A stretch of 62,927 nt of DNA, filler included, from Asterionella formosa (taxonomy: Eukaryota), in assembly GCA_002256025.1 (NCBI GenBank). It is 5 parts of 5 records of this genome, joined end to end, with 100 filler letters (N's around TTAATTAATTAA, not from the genome) between each part and the next. Parts side by side here need not be neighbours in the genome. Positions count along the whole stretch, not along the records: positions 50,436 to 62,927 come from NKIB01007481.1; 4 more parts are not named here. One strand, given 5' to 3'. The notes under the pieces were generated by a model. That model worked only from the letters and a program-made list of their open reading frames with translations, had not been told where the DNA came from and searched no databases. Position numbers and translations under genes: made by a program. This document shows, in pieces, positions 50,690 through 61,806 of the stretch. How positions within the stretch are numbered: the stretch's first letter is position 1; the number at the start of each line of letters is the position of its first letter.

Positions 50690-52984
50690 TTAAAAGCATA
50701 ATGCCAAAGATGGAAGGACAACAGACACACCCCAATAAGTAAGTAATGTGCCACTTGATACATTCAGTGGTTTTGATACAATTTTGCCAGCAGTTGTAGG
50801 AATAGATGTCACCATATGTGATGCAACAAACTGGGGCGGACTTGTCAACACTCCAGCAGTCACAGTAGTAAGTGGTGAGGCTGTAGGAAGTAAACCAGGA
50901 AAGGTTGTGGTTGTAGGGACAGATATATCCAATAATGATGCAGTTGGACGAGCCGTTACAACAAAAAATGATGGAGAAAGTGTGCTATCAAGTTTGATTG
51001 CTGGTGGAGAAGTTTGCTCAGTGCTGACAGGAGCAAGTGTTGTTGTGACTGGCAAAGGTGTAGAACCAGCTTTGAGTGGAGCAGATGTAACTCTTGCAAC
51101 ATGAGAAGGTACAATTGTTAGAACAGGTGTAACTTCTGTAACAGGACCTCTTGTCACTGGCAGATGAAGTGGAACTGTTGTTGTTGTTGCCACAGGCGAC
51201 AATGTCCTGACAATGATAGATACAGAAGTGCCTTTTGAAAATGGCATAAATGTTGCTGTAGTAATTGGAGTAGGTGTAATCTTTGTAACAGGAACATGCG
51301 TCACAGCAGGTATTGGAGCAGATGTAATCACTGCAATAGGATAAAGTGTTGGACTTGCCATTGGAACTGGTGAAAAAGGGATGGCAACAGAATTTGTGAT
51401 GTTCATAATTGGAGCAGATGTCACAGTTGCAACAGGATAATCCAAAGTTGGGGTGCTGTTGCAGCCACAAAAGGAACCAATCTCATGTTGCAGTTCTGCA
51501 CATTGAGTTTCATTTGCTACATACCGAAGGTAATCATCGTATTGTCCACATGAGAAACCATCAGGAAGGGTTGCATTTGTGTTTGGAGGGAATTGACCAT
51601 TTGAGCAAACACCGGAACAGGAAGGAATATTTCCATCACAGCCACAAGACAAACCAATGCTTTGTTGAATCTCAGCACATTGAGTTTCATCTGAAACAAA
51701 CTGAAGGTAGACATCCCACTCTTCACATGATGTATTGTAGAAATATGTCAAATTGCCATTAGGAGGAGGCTTGCCATTTTGACAAACACCAGAACAGATA
51801 GGAACAATTCCTGGGCAACCACAAAAGGAACCAATGCTTTGCTGGATCTCAGTACATTGGGTCTCATTAGTCACAAACTTGAGATAGTCATCATATTGTT
51901 GACACAAGATATCCTGCAAAGGGCTAATATTACCATTTTGAGGGGGCTGACCATCGGAACAAACACCAGAACAGGTTGGTACAGTATCTGCACAGCCGCA
52001 ATAAGAACCAATGCTTTGTTGAATCTCAGCACATTGAGTCTTATCTGAAACAAATTGAATATAGGAATTCAAATCTTCACATGATGTATTGTAGACAAAC
52101 GTAGTATTACCATTTGGAGGAGGCTGACCATTGGAACAAACACCAGAACAGGTAGGAACAATTCCTGGGCAACCACAGAAAGAACCAATGCTTTGCTGAA
52201 TCTCAGTGCATTGAGTCTCATTGGAAACTAGCCTGAGGTACTGGTCATATTGTTGACATGATGTACCATCAATCAAAGTAGTATTGCCATTTGGAGGAGG
52301 CTGACCATTGGAACAAACGCCAAGACAAGTAGTATTAGACTCAAATCCAGCACAGCCACAAAAAAAACCAATGCTTTGCTGAATCTCAGTGCATTGAGTC
52401 TCATTGGAAACTAGCCTGAGGTACTGGTCATATTGTTGACATGATGTACCATCAATCAAAGTAGTATTGCCATTTGGAGGAGGCTGACCATTGGAACAAA
52501 CACCAGGACAAGTAGTATTAGACTCAAATCCAGCACAGCCACAAAAGGAACCAATGCTTTGCTGAATCTCAGTGCATTGAGTCTCATTGGAAACTAGTTT
52601 TAGGTAGTCATTGTAATCTCCACAAGAAACACCACCAAACCAAGTTGTATTCGGATTTGGAGGAGGCTGACCATTGGAGCAAAGACCAGAACAAAAAGTA
52701 GAACCATCAGGTGCAGCAATTCCAATTTCATCAACAGTAGTGCACCCACAGGATTCACCAAGTTCTTGGAAAGTAAAACATTCTGTATCATTCAAAACAG
52801 AGACAAACGCTACTGCCATGTTGCAAGTAATATTTCCCAATTCTTTATCATGAAGTAAAATTACATGGCCATTAGTGGGTGTGGCATTTCCAGGGCACAA
52901 GGTGCACTCGTCAGCTGTACTAGTCTTGACTATCATGGTGACTAGTAGGGTAACAAGCACAGTCAGTATCATGTTTCTCTTCAT
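50690..52984 (-). CDS. Secreted/surface protein with ~8 six-Cys repeats, a Thr/Pro-rich stalk and a hydrophobic, GPI-like C-terminus
   Basis: Signal-like MKRNMILTVLVTLLVTMIV. Repeats of C.gvCsnGqpPpN...sC..y...vsnetqC.eiQqsiGsfCGC (59-62 aa). Many N-x-T/S sequons. Confidence 0.85.
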   Translation of the reverse strand: MKRNMILTVLVTLLVTMIVKTSTADECTLCPGNATPTNGHVILLHDKELGNITCNMAVAFVSVLNDTECFTFQELGESCGCTTVDEIGIAAPDGSTFCSGLCSNGQPPPNPNTTWFGGVSCGDYNDYLKLVSNETQCTEIQQSIGSFCGCAGFESNTTCPGVCSNGQPPPNGNTTLIDGTSCQQYDQYLRLVSNETQCTEIQQSIGFFCGCAGFESNTTCLGVCSNGQPPPNGNTTLIDGTSCQQYDQYLRLVSNETQCTEIQQSIGSFCGCPGIVPTCSGVCSNGQPPPNGNTTFVYNTSCEDLNSYIQFVSDKTQCAEIQQSIGSYCGCADTVPTCSGVCSDGQPPQNGNISPLQDILCQQYDDYLKFVTNETQCTEIQQSIGSFCGCPGIVPICSGVCQNGKPPPNGNLTYFYNTSCEEWDVYLQFVSDETQCAEIQQSIGLSCGCDGNIPSCSGVCSNGQFPPNTNATLPDGFSCGQYDDYLRYVANETQCAELQHEIGSFCGCNSTPTLDYPVATVTSAPIMNITNSVAIPFSPVPMASPTLYPIAVITSAPIPAVTHVPVTKITPTPITTATFMPFSKGTSVSIIVRTLSPVATTTTVPLHLPVTRGPVTEVTPVLTIVPSHVARVTSAPLKAGSTPLPVTTTLAPVSTEQTSPPAIKLDSTLSPSFFVVTARPTASLLDISVPTTTTFPGLLPTASPLTTVTAGVLTSPPQFVASHMVTSIPTTAGKIVSKPLNVSSGTLLTYWGVSVVLPSLALCF

Positions 52985-53973
52985 TTGACTGCCGTTAATG
53001 TTGAGTGTTTCATACAAACCAAATGATAAATAAGAGCCGAATAACAAGAACAATGAGCCAATCCATCACTCATGTCTCTTGGTTTCAAACACTGGGAAAT
53101 CGGTTCATTCCACTATCAATCTCATCTTGTGCGAGATTACTTTTATTGAATACTCCATATTGCTATTACGAGAAGTCAGCAGTTATAAATTCTGTCGTGC
53201 ACGACTTGAAGCAAAACAAACGGGAGGTTGGTTTTCTGGTGAGAAATTCGTTTTGATTCCATGTAATGTCGTCCTCAAATCGTTTTCTTGTGACATGGCT
53301 GATATGCATGTTCCTTTCTCCCGGTAATTACTACCGTTTCTATGCCAGTATGTATATGCATGCGCTTCTATTCTATTATGACTATTATTTTTTGTGTGGA
53401 TATGCGGCACACGAAAATAGGATTAGCGAATGTCTGCTATTGGCTGAAGGAGTTTAGATGACTGAAATGCAAAATGTGCGTACATGTACAGCACCATCAA
53501 GGTCGAATAATTAAGCTCTGCTGACAACGCTTATCGTGATGCGATGCATATGTACACAATACATATGTATGATGTGTCGTGCGATGGATGATATTGTGAT
53601 ATAGTGTTTTCTTTGTCCTGGGGTTTGAAATTATCGTTTATTCATAGCTATAGACTAAAGTCAGTCTATCCATGTAGGATAGATCAAATTACAAAAGAAC
53701 CGGTAGTGCATACCGGCACTAGACAGTACCGGTAAATAAATTGTCATTTCCCCCCTACCCAACCCATAAAAACAATTGGAGCATCATGATTTGGCGTTGT
53801 GATACTTATGCATACTAGAATTGAACTGAAGACGGTAATTTGCAGCGTACAAGGTTCTCTATTATTAAAATCACAAGCTATTTAATTGGCGTTTTGCCAA
53901 ATAGAGGCCGATCCAGAGCTGTTGGATTCAGGCTTTTACAAAGGATTGCATTGTGGTGGTCAAGCAATTAAAT

Positions 53974-54564
53974 TTAGTTGGGGATGAGGGACACTCCAAG
54001 TTTCTCGTGAACCATGAGGGCAAGGATTCCCATCTGGGCAGCACGGCCCTGGTTGAGCTCAATGGCACGCTTGGAAAGCTGGGTCTCAGCATCGAACGAG
54101 TCCCATCCAAAGTCGAGGGCTCCGTTACGGAAATCTCCAACAAACTCTCCTCCAGTAATGTCCTTCATGACAGCAACTTCGAGGAAGCCGATGAAAGCAA
54201 CGATTTGGGCAATTCCGGCTCCAGAAATGGCATCGAGAGCACCGAATCCGTTAGGGATGGAGGCGAAGGTGGTGCCAGAGTAGTCAATGTCACCTGGGAG
54301 ACGGATTCCGTTCTCAGCAACAAGGTATCCAACAACGGCAAGCATGGAGATACGTCCGTGCTTGATCTCGACATAACGAAGGCGGTCGAACTTGTCCTGG
54401 TCACCATCAGAAACCATGCCAAGAGGATCAAAGAATCCAAGAGGAGCTTGGGCACCGAGTTCGTTTTCGAAAGCCATGTTCACAGCAGTGGTCTTGGCGG
54501 CCTGCTTGGCAGGGGCGAAGGCAGCGGCAGAGGCGAGGAGGGAGGCGATGATAACAGACTTCAT
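53974..54564 (-). CDS. LHCF: Fucoxanthin-chlorophyll a/c binding protein
   Basis: AAAFAP targeting motif, ELGAQAPLGFFDPLG, RYVEIKHGRISMLA, RAIELNQGRAAQMG. Confidence 0.97.
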   Translation of the reverse strand: MKSVIIASLLASAAAFAPAKQAAKTTAVNMAFENELGAQAPLGFFDPLGMVSDGDQDKFDRLRYVEIKHGRISMLAVVGYLVAENGIRLPGDIDYSGTTFASIPNGFGALDAISGAGIAQIVAFIGFLEVAVMKDITGGEFVGDFRNGALDFGWDSFDAETQLSKRAIELNQGRAAQMGILALMVHEKLGVSLIPN

Positions 54565-55274
54565 GTTGTTGTTGTTTGGTGTTGTTGTTGTTTGTTATGT
54601 GTCGACGAGAGGAAATTGTGAGTTTCTCGAAATAGAAGTACATTTGTACATTTTGTGTTTTGGAAATGAACAGTAGGGTTCTGTGTCGTGATTCTACGAC
54701 ATAAATATTGTACAATATTTCCACACAGGAACTGGTACATAATATTTCCTCGTAAATCCATGTGTGCGAAGGGAATCCTTGCCCTTCAAGTAGCACTGTA
54801 TCACTCGATTTGGCCAGATCTCATTCAACATGATGCTGAGCAACATCAATTTGACCAGGTGGTCGGGTTAGCCTTCATCGGTGCCTATCCGTCCTTGAGA
54901 GTCATCAATTGTCCGGTTCTCTAGTCCAAACGATTTATGAATTGGATCCAATGATAAAGAAAATGTCCTGAATAGTGACGGACGGGATGCGATGCATCTC
55001 GTATTCCTCGACTTTGAGAACAACATGGCATCCAGAGTCAAAGTAACGGTACATATGAAAACTCTTGATTGTGGAGGCGACGAGTTTGCATTCCAGTCAT
55101 AACATGATGGTTCGCGAAATGCAGCCATTCTCTGTGACTTGTTGTGAATATTGCGCTGCAGTTTTCTACGACTGTGTGAGCGTCACAATCTCAGACGCGT
55201 TTCATCGCTCGCGAACTCGTTACCGGTAGTCGATTTCGAGCCTAGATTAAATCGAAGCGTTACAGTGTGTCACC

Positions 55275-56483
55275 ATGTTCCGAACTCAACTATTTTCTAT
55301 TGCCGGTACTCGCGGTGCTACTATCGCCCGCCGCCTACTTGCTGCCCCAGGAATTCGTGAAAAGGCCTCCATGGCCGTCGAACATCGCGCACACCAAGCA
55401 CCTCCTTTGACTCAGTCGCCAGCCTCGAGTAGGATGTTGCTTTCTCTCTTGGCTGCAGCTGCTGGCGTTGGAACTGTCTCAGCGGTTACCGCGGTCGTTG
55501 AATGCACCTCGCCTGTTCCAAAGTATGACCCCAATGGTCAACGCTTTTCGCAAGAAACATTTGGTGGACGATTTGCCCGAATGCTCTTGGCCTGCGATCC
55601 ACGTCTCTTGTTGTACAGTCACGACTATGTGCATCAATGCGCAAGTATACTGGCCAATGCAGCATTGTATGACGACCCAGCCTACAACGACCGAGCCCTC
55701 TGGGAAGCCAAGCGAGTGTTTGAAGCCGCCTGTCCTGACGGGGAAACCATTATTCCTCGACCCTTCCGCATGTCTGGATTCGTCCCATACAATGGACCCG
55801 TTTGTGTCGCCATTGTGGCGTCCCAATCCACCTTTCCACTACTATTTTCGAGCTGGGTCAATCAATCACAAAATGCCCTTGTCAATTACTACAACAGAAA
55901 TGCCAGCAGCCCCATGGCAAATGCGACACTGGCTATGAGTTATGGAGCTGCCGTAGGTTCAGCGCTCATTGTGGCCTTCGGTCTGGCCACTGCTATCCAA
56001 CGCCACTATTCACCACAACAAGCAAAGCAACTGTTGCAATGGGTGGCTTTTCCATCAGCGGTGGTGGCATCGTCGTTGAATTGCTACATTGTCCGTTCTC
56101 CTGAGCTTGAAACAGGCATTCCATTGATGAATGTACAAGGAGAAAATGTCTTGGAGGGCGCCACGTCTTTAGAAGCTGCACGTCGCGGTGTGAATGCAAC
56201 AACGGCATCTCGTGCCTTGTTACAAGCACCAGTGTACTTGTTACCACCACTCTTAATGTCCACGGCGATTGCCAAACAATGGGTGATGCGACACCCAGCC
56301 ATGATGGTACCAATGACCACGTACCTTTTGTTAACATCATTTGGAATTGGATTGCCAGCGACTGTGGCTATTTTTCCTGTTATGAGTCAAGTGAATGCGA
56401 AGGATGTGGAGGAGGGCTTTCGAAATTTGAGAGATTCCGAGGGAAAGCCATACGAGACCTTTTATTACAACAAGGGGCTGTGA
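55275..56483 (+). CDS. SFXN: Sideroflexin, copy 1
   Basis: RFSQETFGGR...DPRLL, PFRMSGFVP.N, WVNQSQNALVNYYNRNASSP, R..EL.TGI, TT.SR..L..P, E.FYYNKGL terminus. Confidence 0.9.
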   Translation: MFRTQLFSIAGTRGATIARRLLAAPGIREKASMAVEHRAHQAPPLTQSPASSRMLLSLLAAAAGVGTVSAVTAVVECTSPVPKYDPNGQRFSQETFGGRFARMLLACDPRLLLYSHDYVHQCASILANAALYDDPAYNDRALWEAKRVFEAACPDGETIIPRPFRMSGFVPYNGPVCVAIVASQSTFPLLFSSWVNQSQNALVNYYNRNASSPMANATLAMSYGAAVGSALIVAFGLATAIQRHYSPQQAKQLLQWVAFPSAVVASSLNCYIVRSPELETGIPLMNVQGENVLEGATSLEAARRGVNATTASRALLQAPVYLLPPLLMSTAIAKQWVMRHPAMMVPMTTYLLLTSFGIGLPATVAIFPVMSQVNAKDVEEGFRNLRDSEGKPYETFYYNKGL

Positions 56484-56658
56484 ATGATATAACGTGCGCA
56501 TGAATAAACTAGAAAGTATATTTCATTCATTCGACCATGATTATTACTGCGACAATTTAGTTGATTTCATTTCTTATTTCCGCCATCAAATGACCAGTTG
56601 TTTTTCGGCTGAGGCCCTACTGCCCACTTCGGATATTTCAAACTACTGTTGACACACT

Positions 56659-58080
56659 TTACCTCTTCTCTGTGGAGATTGGGTCCCTGACATCGGGTTT
56701 CAAAGGACCATTGGTGCCATACCATCGTCCACGCACCCATAGGTTCCAGTAGACAAATGGGAAAACCTGTTCTTTTAAAAAATAGAAGAAACGCTGCTGG
56801 AAAGCACCCTCCGTTCCAATCATTTTCAACGGAAAATTGCCAGTTTCCCAACTAAATGTCTCCATAATTTTTCCACCATACCCAAACTCAGCAAGCATGA
56901 CTTTTTTTCTTGCAATAATCAATGGACAAGACGCATATCCAGAGTACTTCCCATCCAAAGTCTTGTTTTCGATCAATCTCTCAATGTTGTGAACAACCAC
57001 TGGGGCTTGGGATGTGACAGCCGCAGCTGTCTTGCTATTGGGAGTACTTGTGCAATCGCCAAGTCCAAACACATTTTGATATTTGGAGGATTGCATGGTA
57101 TGTTGATCCACTTCCATCCAACCATCTTTGTTTGCAAAAGGAGAGTTCTTTATAACATCTGGAGCCGACATATGAGGAACCACATGTATGAGATCGTAGC
57201 TTTGCTGAACAAGTCGATTGTTGTCCGCTAGATTTTTAAATGTTGCCACCTTCTTGTCCACGTCCAGGGCGACAAGCTCATGATGGAACATGGCAAGCAC
57301 ACCTCGTTCCTGACGCAATGCCTCCAACTTGTCCGAGTAATACCTCACGCCAAACATTGAACCTCCTGGGACCCAAAACTGGACACTTGTGCGGTCACGA
57401 AGGCCAAGACCACGGAGTGTATCTTCCAACAGCCACATAATCTTCTGTGGCGCACCTGCACATTTGATCACCGTTGGCGGCATGGTAAATATCATAGTGC
57501 TCGTGGGCTTATTTTGATTGATTACCGATTGAAATTCTTGCCATGTCTTTTTGGAATAGTTGAAATCGTACACTGATACAACACCTGATCCTTCCTTCTG
57601 GAGCCCATCAACTTGTCCCTTGACTTTTGTCCAGTCAGATTGGATACCCGCTGCAACCACGAGATAGTCGTACTCTACCACCGTTCCATCGTCAAGGGTC
57701 AAAGTATTCTTTTCAGGAGCAAAATCTTGCACGCGCTTTTCGATCCAATTTGTGCCCTTGGGTAAGATCTGTTTCATGGTTCTGACACTATCATTGTTGG
57801 ATTTGACTCCCCCACCAACCAAGGTCCATAGGGGTTGATAATAATGCACCGATTTTGGTTCAATGACAGTAACATTCTTCATTCCCTCATTTTGTAGCAT
57901 AGCAGCCACTCCTATTCCTGCTGTTCCTCCTCCGACCACTACAATCTTTTGTGTTCGCTTGTCTTTTCGCTCGTCATCCACGCAACTTGTAACGAGAAGA
58001 GCCATGGAAGTCAAGCTTCCCAACGAAGCGGCAAGAAGGATCTTTCTTGAAACCTTTGACATTAACGTGTAGGACACCAT
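56659..58080 (-). CDS. SQOR: Sulfide:quinone oxidoreductase, mitochondrial type
   Basis: VVVGGGTAG, HYYQPLWTLVGGG, IKCAGAPQKI, GDC..TPNSKTAAA, YSGYASCPL, LAEFGY. Confidence 0.93.
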   Translation of the reverse strand: MVSYTLMSKVSRKILLAASLGSLTSMALLVTSCVDDERKDKRTQKIVVVGGGTAGIGVAAMLQNEGMKNVTVIEPKSVHYYQPLWTLVGGGVKSNNDSVRTMKQILPKGTNWIEKRVQDFAPEKNTLTLDDGTVVEYDYLVVAAGIQSDWTKVKGQVDGLQKEGSGVVSVYDFNYSKKTWQEFQSVINQNKPTSTMIFTMPPTVIKCAGAPQKIMWLLEDTLRGLGLRDRTSVQFWVPGGSMFGVRYYSDKLEALRQERGVLAMFHHELVALDVDKKVATFKNLADNNRLVQQSYDLIHVVPHMSAPDVIKNSPFANKDGWMEVDQHTMQSSKYQNVFGLGDCTSTPNSKTAAAVTSQAPVVVHNIERLIENKTLDGKYSGYASCPLIIARKKVMLAEFGYGGKIMETFSWETGNFPLKMIGTEGAFQQRFFYFLKEQVFPFVYWNLWVRGRWYGTNGPLKPDVRDPISTEKR

Positions 58081-60612
58081 CGTTTAGGCAGCAGGTGTTT
58101 GTGCTTGTTTACAATTCGCTTTCTGTCGTTCACCGTCGAACATCAACACATTTGTGAGTATTCGTATTTTCTATTTCCCAGCAAAATATGAATTCGGTAT
58201 ATAATATAATAGAATAAGAATAGAATAAAAAAGAACAAACAAATATGGTATAATTAAAAATACAATATACCAATCACATATTAGGCAGGAGTAACAACGA
58301 TTCACAACAAAATAATACCGGTTGCCATCCTTTTTGTCAGAATGTCCGCAGATATGCAAGACTGAAATTACTGCAAGAACCGGAATGGTAAGACGACGGT
58401 ACCGCTATACCAGTATTCTTATGTTGTGGGTGCATGATTTCGGCAAAATGCTGTTATTAAATACCGGTAATAAATAAACCCAACAATAATTTCTGATTTG
58501 TTATGTTACTGGTAGTATATAAATATATTTTATAAATCGAAGTCATCTATGTTCCAAGTAGATATTTATGTATGCCCGCATTGCCACAATCTTGAAAAAT
58601 GATTGTCCAATGATAATCTACTGCCTTGTTTGATTAACATCAAGGCCATCGGGATGATAGTGTAAGAAGTTAGTTGTAGTAGTTCGATCGAACATCATGT
58701 GAACTACTTACTATGTCTGTATTGGTAACATAGAGGTTCAAACAAACCTTGTCAACTCAGGTACCAGGTAAGAAGTACACCCGGTAACACCACGATATAT
58801 CACAAGTCAAAATTCTATTTTCAGCATATATTTTATTCTCATCACGAAACTTCATCCTCAAGCAAGCATGAATATCGCAAATATTATTTGAAATTTTGTC
58901 ATTTAAGTGCAATCACTTCACCTAAAATTATGAGAGGACCATTGCAGAGATCTGTATCATCAATGGGCCACTAAGGGAATATTCGCAACGCATATTTCAA
59001 ATTTCCGAACTGACAGTGGCGCCAATACTACATCATATTGAGGGCTATATATCTCTGTTCCCAATCAAGTACTAGGCCGCTAGTCACTACAACCAAACCG
59101 TCCATTGAGTGTCACCAAAGGAATCCTATACTAGTAAAGACAACGAAAGAGAGAACGATCAAAACATGAGACGATTCATGGTAGCAAATCATCCTTTTAT
59201 TATCGTCTTCGTTATTCGTCTACTCCCACCAGCTCAGAGCAGAAACAGGAAAAATCCGTACTGGTTGTGCACCCCAGCACTCAACTTTATCTCACAGTTC
59301 GTGCTGGTGAGCTCCCAATAAATCATGATGATCACGGCCAAGGAATCCGCAACCAGTCGACGAATCACTATTTTGTGCCTTGCAACATCACACGACCAGA
59401 ATGGCTGGTCTACACCTCCTGGTGCTTTGGTGGAAGCCAGTAATAAATTTTCTCCTCTGAATAGGATGAATATTGTATGCGATGCAAACTCGGAAATTAT
59501 CGAGTGTGTACTTCGAGGATTTGGGATTAGATTGTTTTTGTGTCGACCAAAGGCACATTGTCCCCAAACACAGACTGCTGTGTAGCACCTGATGATAGCC
59601 AAGCCGGAGATGTATATGGATACTGCTAAGAAGAATGTCCCAAAAATGTTTCACTGCATATGTAAAGTCACCATCATGTCAGATGGGATTAAGTTTGAGG
59701 GTGTATCGATACAATCGAAAATAGATGACATGACAATTAAGAGTAAAATACCAAGGTATGACTCACCATTAGATCAAATGACGCCACAGCAATTGGGAGG
59801 AAGTGACTTATGTATGTACACCGTGTTAGGCTAGTACTTTTCACTCGCCTATCGTTTTGGAAAAACAAGACGATCTGCTGTAATCTAACTTCTTCCGCCA
59901 ATGATTTATGTAAAAAACTTTTCTTGTAAGTATTCAAAATGCCGTTGCCCTTCAAGTTCTTATGTATCCTCTTATGCTAAGCTTAACATCTTCTTCAAGT
60001 CTGAATGACTAGAATCACATCTACAACTTTTGGTGTTCGTATCAGCTCATTCGCCACATGCAACAACCATTTGTAGCTAGAGTCAAACTTTCAATCACTG
60101 GATTCAAAATACAGCTATGCAGGGAATTGAGATGCCGTTCTTTTTTTAAAAGACTTTTTGGTAATATTGAAATGCACTAATATGCAGTTGCACGTATTTT
60201 GGTTTTTCGCTGGTAGTAAAATGCAATTTTTCTTGGACATACTGTCACTCTGCGAATTCTCAACCCATTTATTGGCTTCCCTATGTGAATTAGATGTGAG
60301 AACCAGCATATGACTTGTCACTTATCCAGCGGCATACTCTATATCGAAAGTGGTCTTGACGACGTCATGGACAACATCATGGCAACCTTCCCAATGTTCA
60401 AAATGTAACCTGAAGCCCGTGACCCTTAATAAATGCATTACTGGCAGTTCAATCACTAGAAAGTTTTGACAAGTCCTCCTGATATATAAGTCCTAGCCCT
60501 TTGTATCTAAAACAGTGCAGATAGCTATAGCGATATATTAATTAAATAGAGTAGTCCAGATTCCATACGGGTTCGACAAATATACTTGTCCACTGTTTTA
60601 CTGAAAATCATG

Positions 60613-61806
60613 TTACAGCCCCTTGTTGTAATAAAAGGTCTCGTATGGCTTTCCCTCGGAATCTCTCAAATTTCGAAAGCCCTCCTCCACATCCTTCGCA
60701 TTCACTTGACTCATAACAGGAAAAATAGCCACAGTCGCTGGCAATCCAATTCCAAATGATGTTAACAAAAGGTACGTGGTCATTGGTACCACCATGGCTG
60801 GGTGTCGCATCACCCATTGTTTGGCAATCGCCGTGGACATTAAGAGTGGTGGCAAAAAGTACACTGGTGCTTGTAACAAGGCACGAGATGCCGTTGTTGC
60901 ATTCACACCGCGACGTGCAGCTTCTAAAGACGTGGCGCCCTCCAAGACGTTTGTTCCTTGAGCATCCAATAATGGAATGCCTGTTTCAAGCTCAGGAGAA
61001 CGGACAATGTAGCAATTCAACGACGATGCCACCACCGCCGATGGAAATGCCACCCATTGCAACAGTTGCTTAGCTTGTTGTGGTGAATAGCGACGTTGGA
61101 TAGCAGTGGCCAGACCAAAGGCCACAACGAGTGCCGAACCCACGGCAGCTCCATAACTCTTCGCCAATGTCTCGTTGGCCATGGGGCTGCTGGCATTTCT
61201 GTTGTAGTAATTGACAAGGGCATTTTGTGACTGATTGACCCAGCTCCAAAATAGTAGTGGCAAGGTGGATTGGGATGCCACCATGGCGACACAAATGGGT
61301 CCATTGTATGGGACGTATCCAGACATGCGGAATGGACGAGGAATAATGGTTTCCCCGTCAGGACAGGCGGCTTCAAACACTCGCTTGGCTTCCCAGAGGA
61401 CTCGGTCGTCGTACAATGCTGCATTGGCCAGTACACTTGCGCATTGATGCACATAGTCGTCACTGTACAGCAAGAGACGTGGATCGCAGGCCAAGAGCAT
61501 TCGGGCAAATCGTCCACCAAATGTTTCTTGCGAAAAGCGTTGACCATTGGGGTCATACTTTGGAACAGGCGAGGTGCATTCAACGACCGCGGCAACTGCT
61601 GAGACAGTTCCAACGCCAGCAGCTGCAGCCAAGAGAGAAAGCAACAGCCCACTCGAGGCTGACGACTGAGTCGACGACGATGCTTGGTGAGCGCGATGTT
61701 CGACGGCCATGGAGGCCTTTTCACGAATTCCTGAGGCTGCCGGGAGACGACGGGCGATAGTAGCGCCACGAGTGCGGGCAACAGTAAGGAGTTGAGGGCG
61801 GAACAT
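60613..61806 (-). CDS. SFXN: Sideroflexin, copy 2 (inverted paralog)
   Basis: Highly similar to 55275-56483 and intact. Start MFRPQL at 61806. A 15-bp indel relative to copy 1. Confidence 0.9.
   Translation of the reverse strand: MFRPQLLTVARTRGATIARRLPAASGIREKASMAVEHRAHQASSSTQSSASSGLLLSLLAAAAGVGTVSAVAAVVECTSPVPKYDPNGQRFSQETFGGRFARMLLACDPRLLLYSDDYVHQCASVLANAALYDDRVLWEAKRVFEAACPDGETIIPRPFRMSGYVPYNGPICVAMVASQSTLPLLFWSWVNQSQNALVNYYNRNASSPMANETLAKSYGAAVGSALVVAFGLATAIQRRYSPQQAKQLLQWVAFPSAVVASSLNCYIVRSPELETGIPLLDAQGTNVLEGATSLEAARRGVNATTASRALLQAPVYFLPPLLMSTAIAKQWVMRHPAMVVPMTTYLLLTSFGIGLPATVAIFPVMSQVNAKDVEEGFRNLRDSEGKPYETFYYNKGL

Noticed and set aside
53953..54621. 222-aa antisense ORF over LHCF, and similar shadow ORFs over HSP60 and SFXN
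   Set aside because: Expected by-product of codon bias in real genes on the other strand or frame. No domain features.
58700..60600. Possible piggyBac remnant (GGVDQ) between SQOR and SFXN copy 2
   Set aside because: A single short motif with no supporting context. Probably decayed repeat DNA but not assignable by eye.
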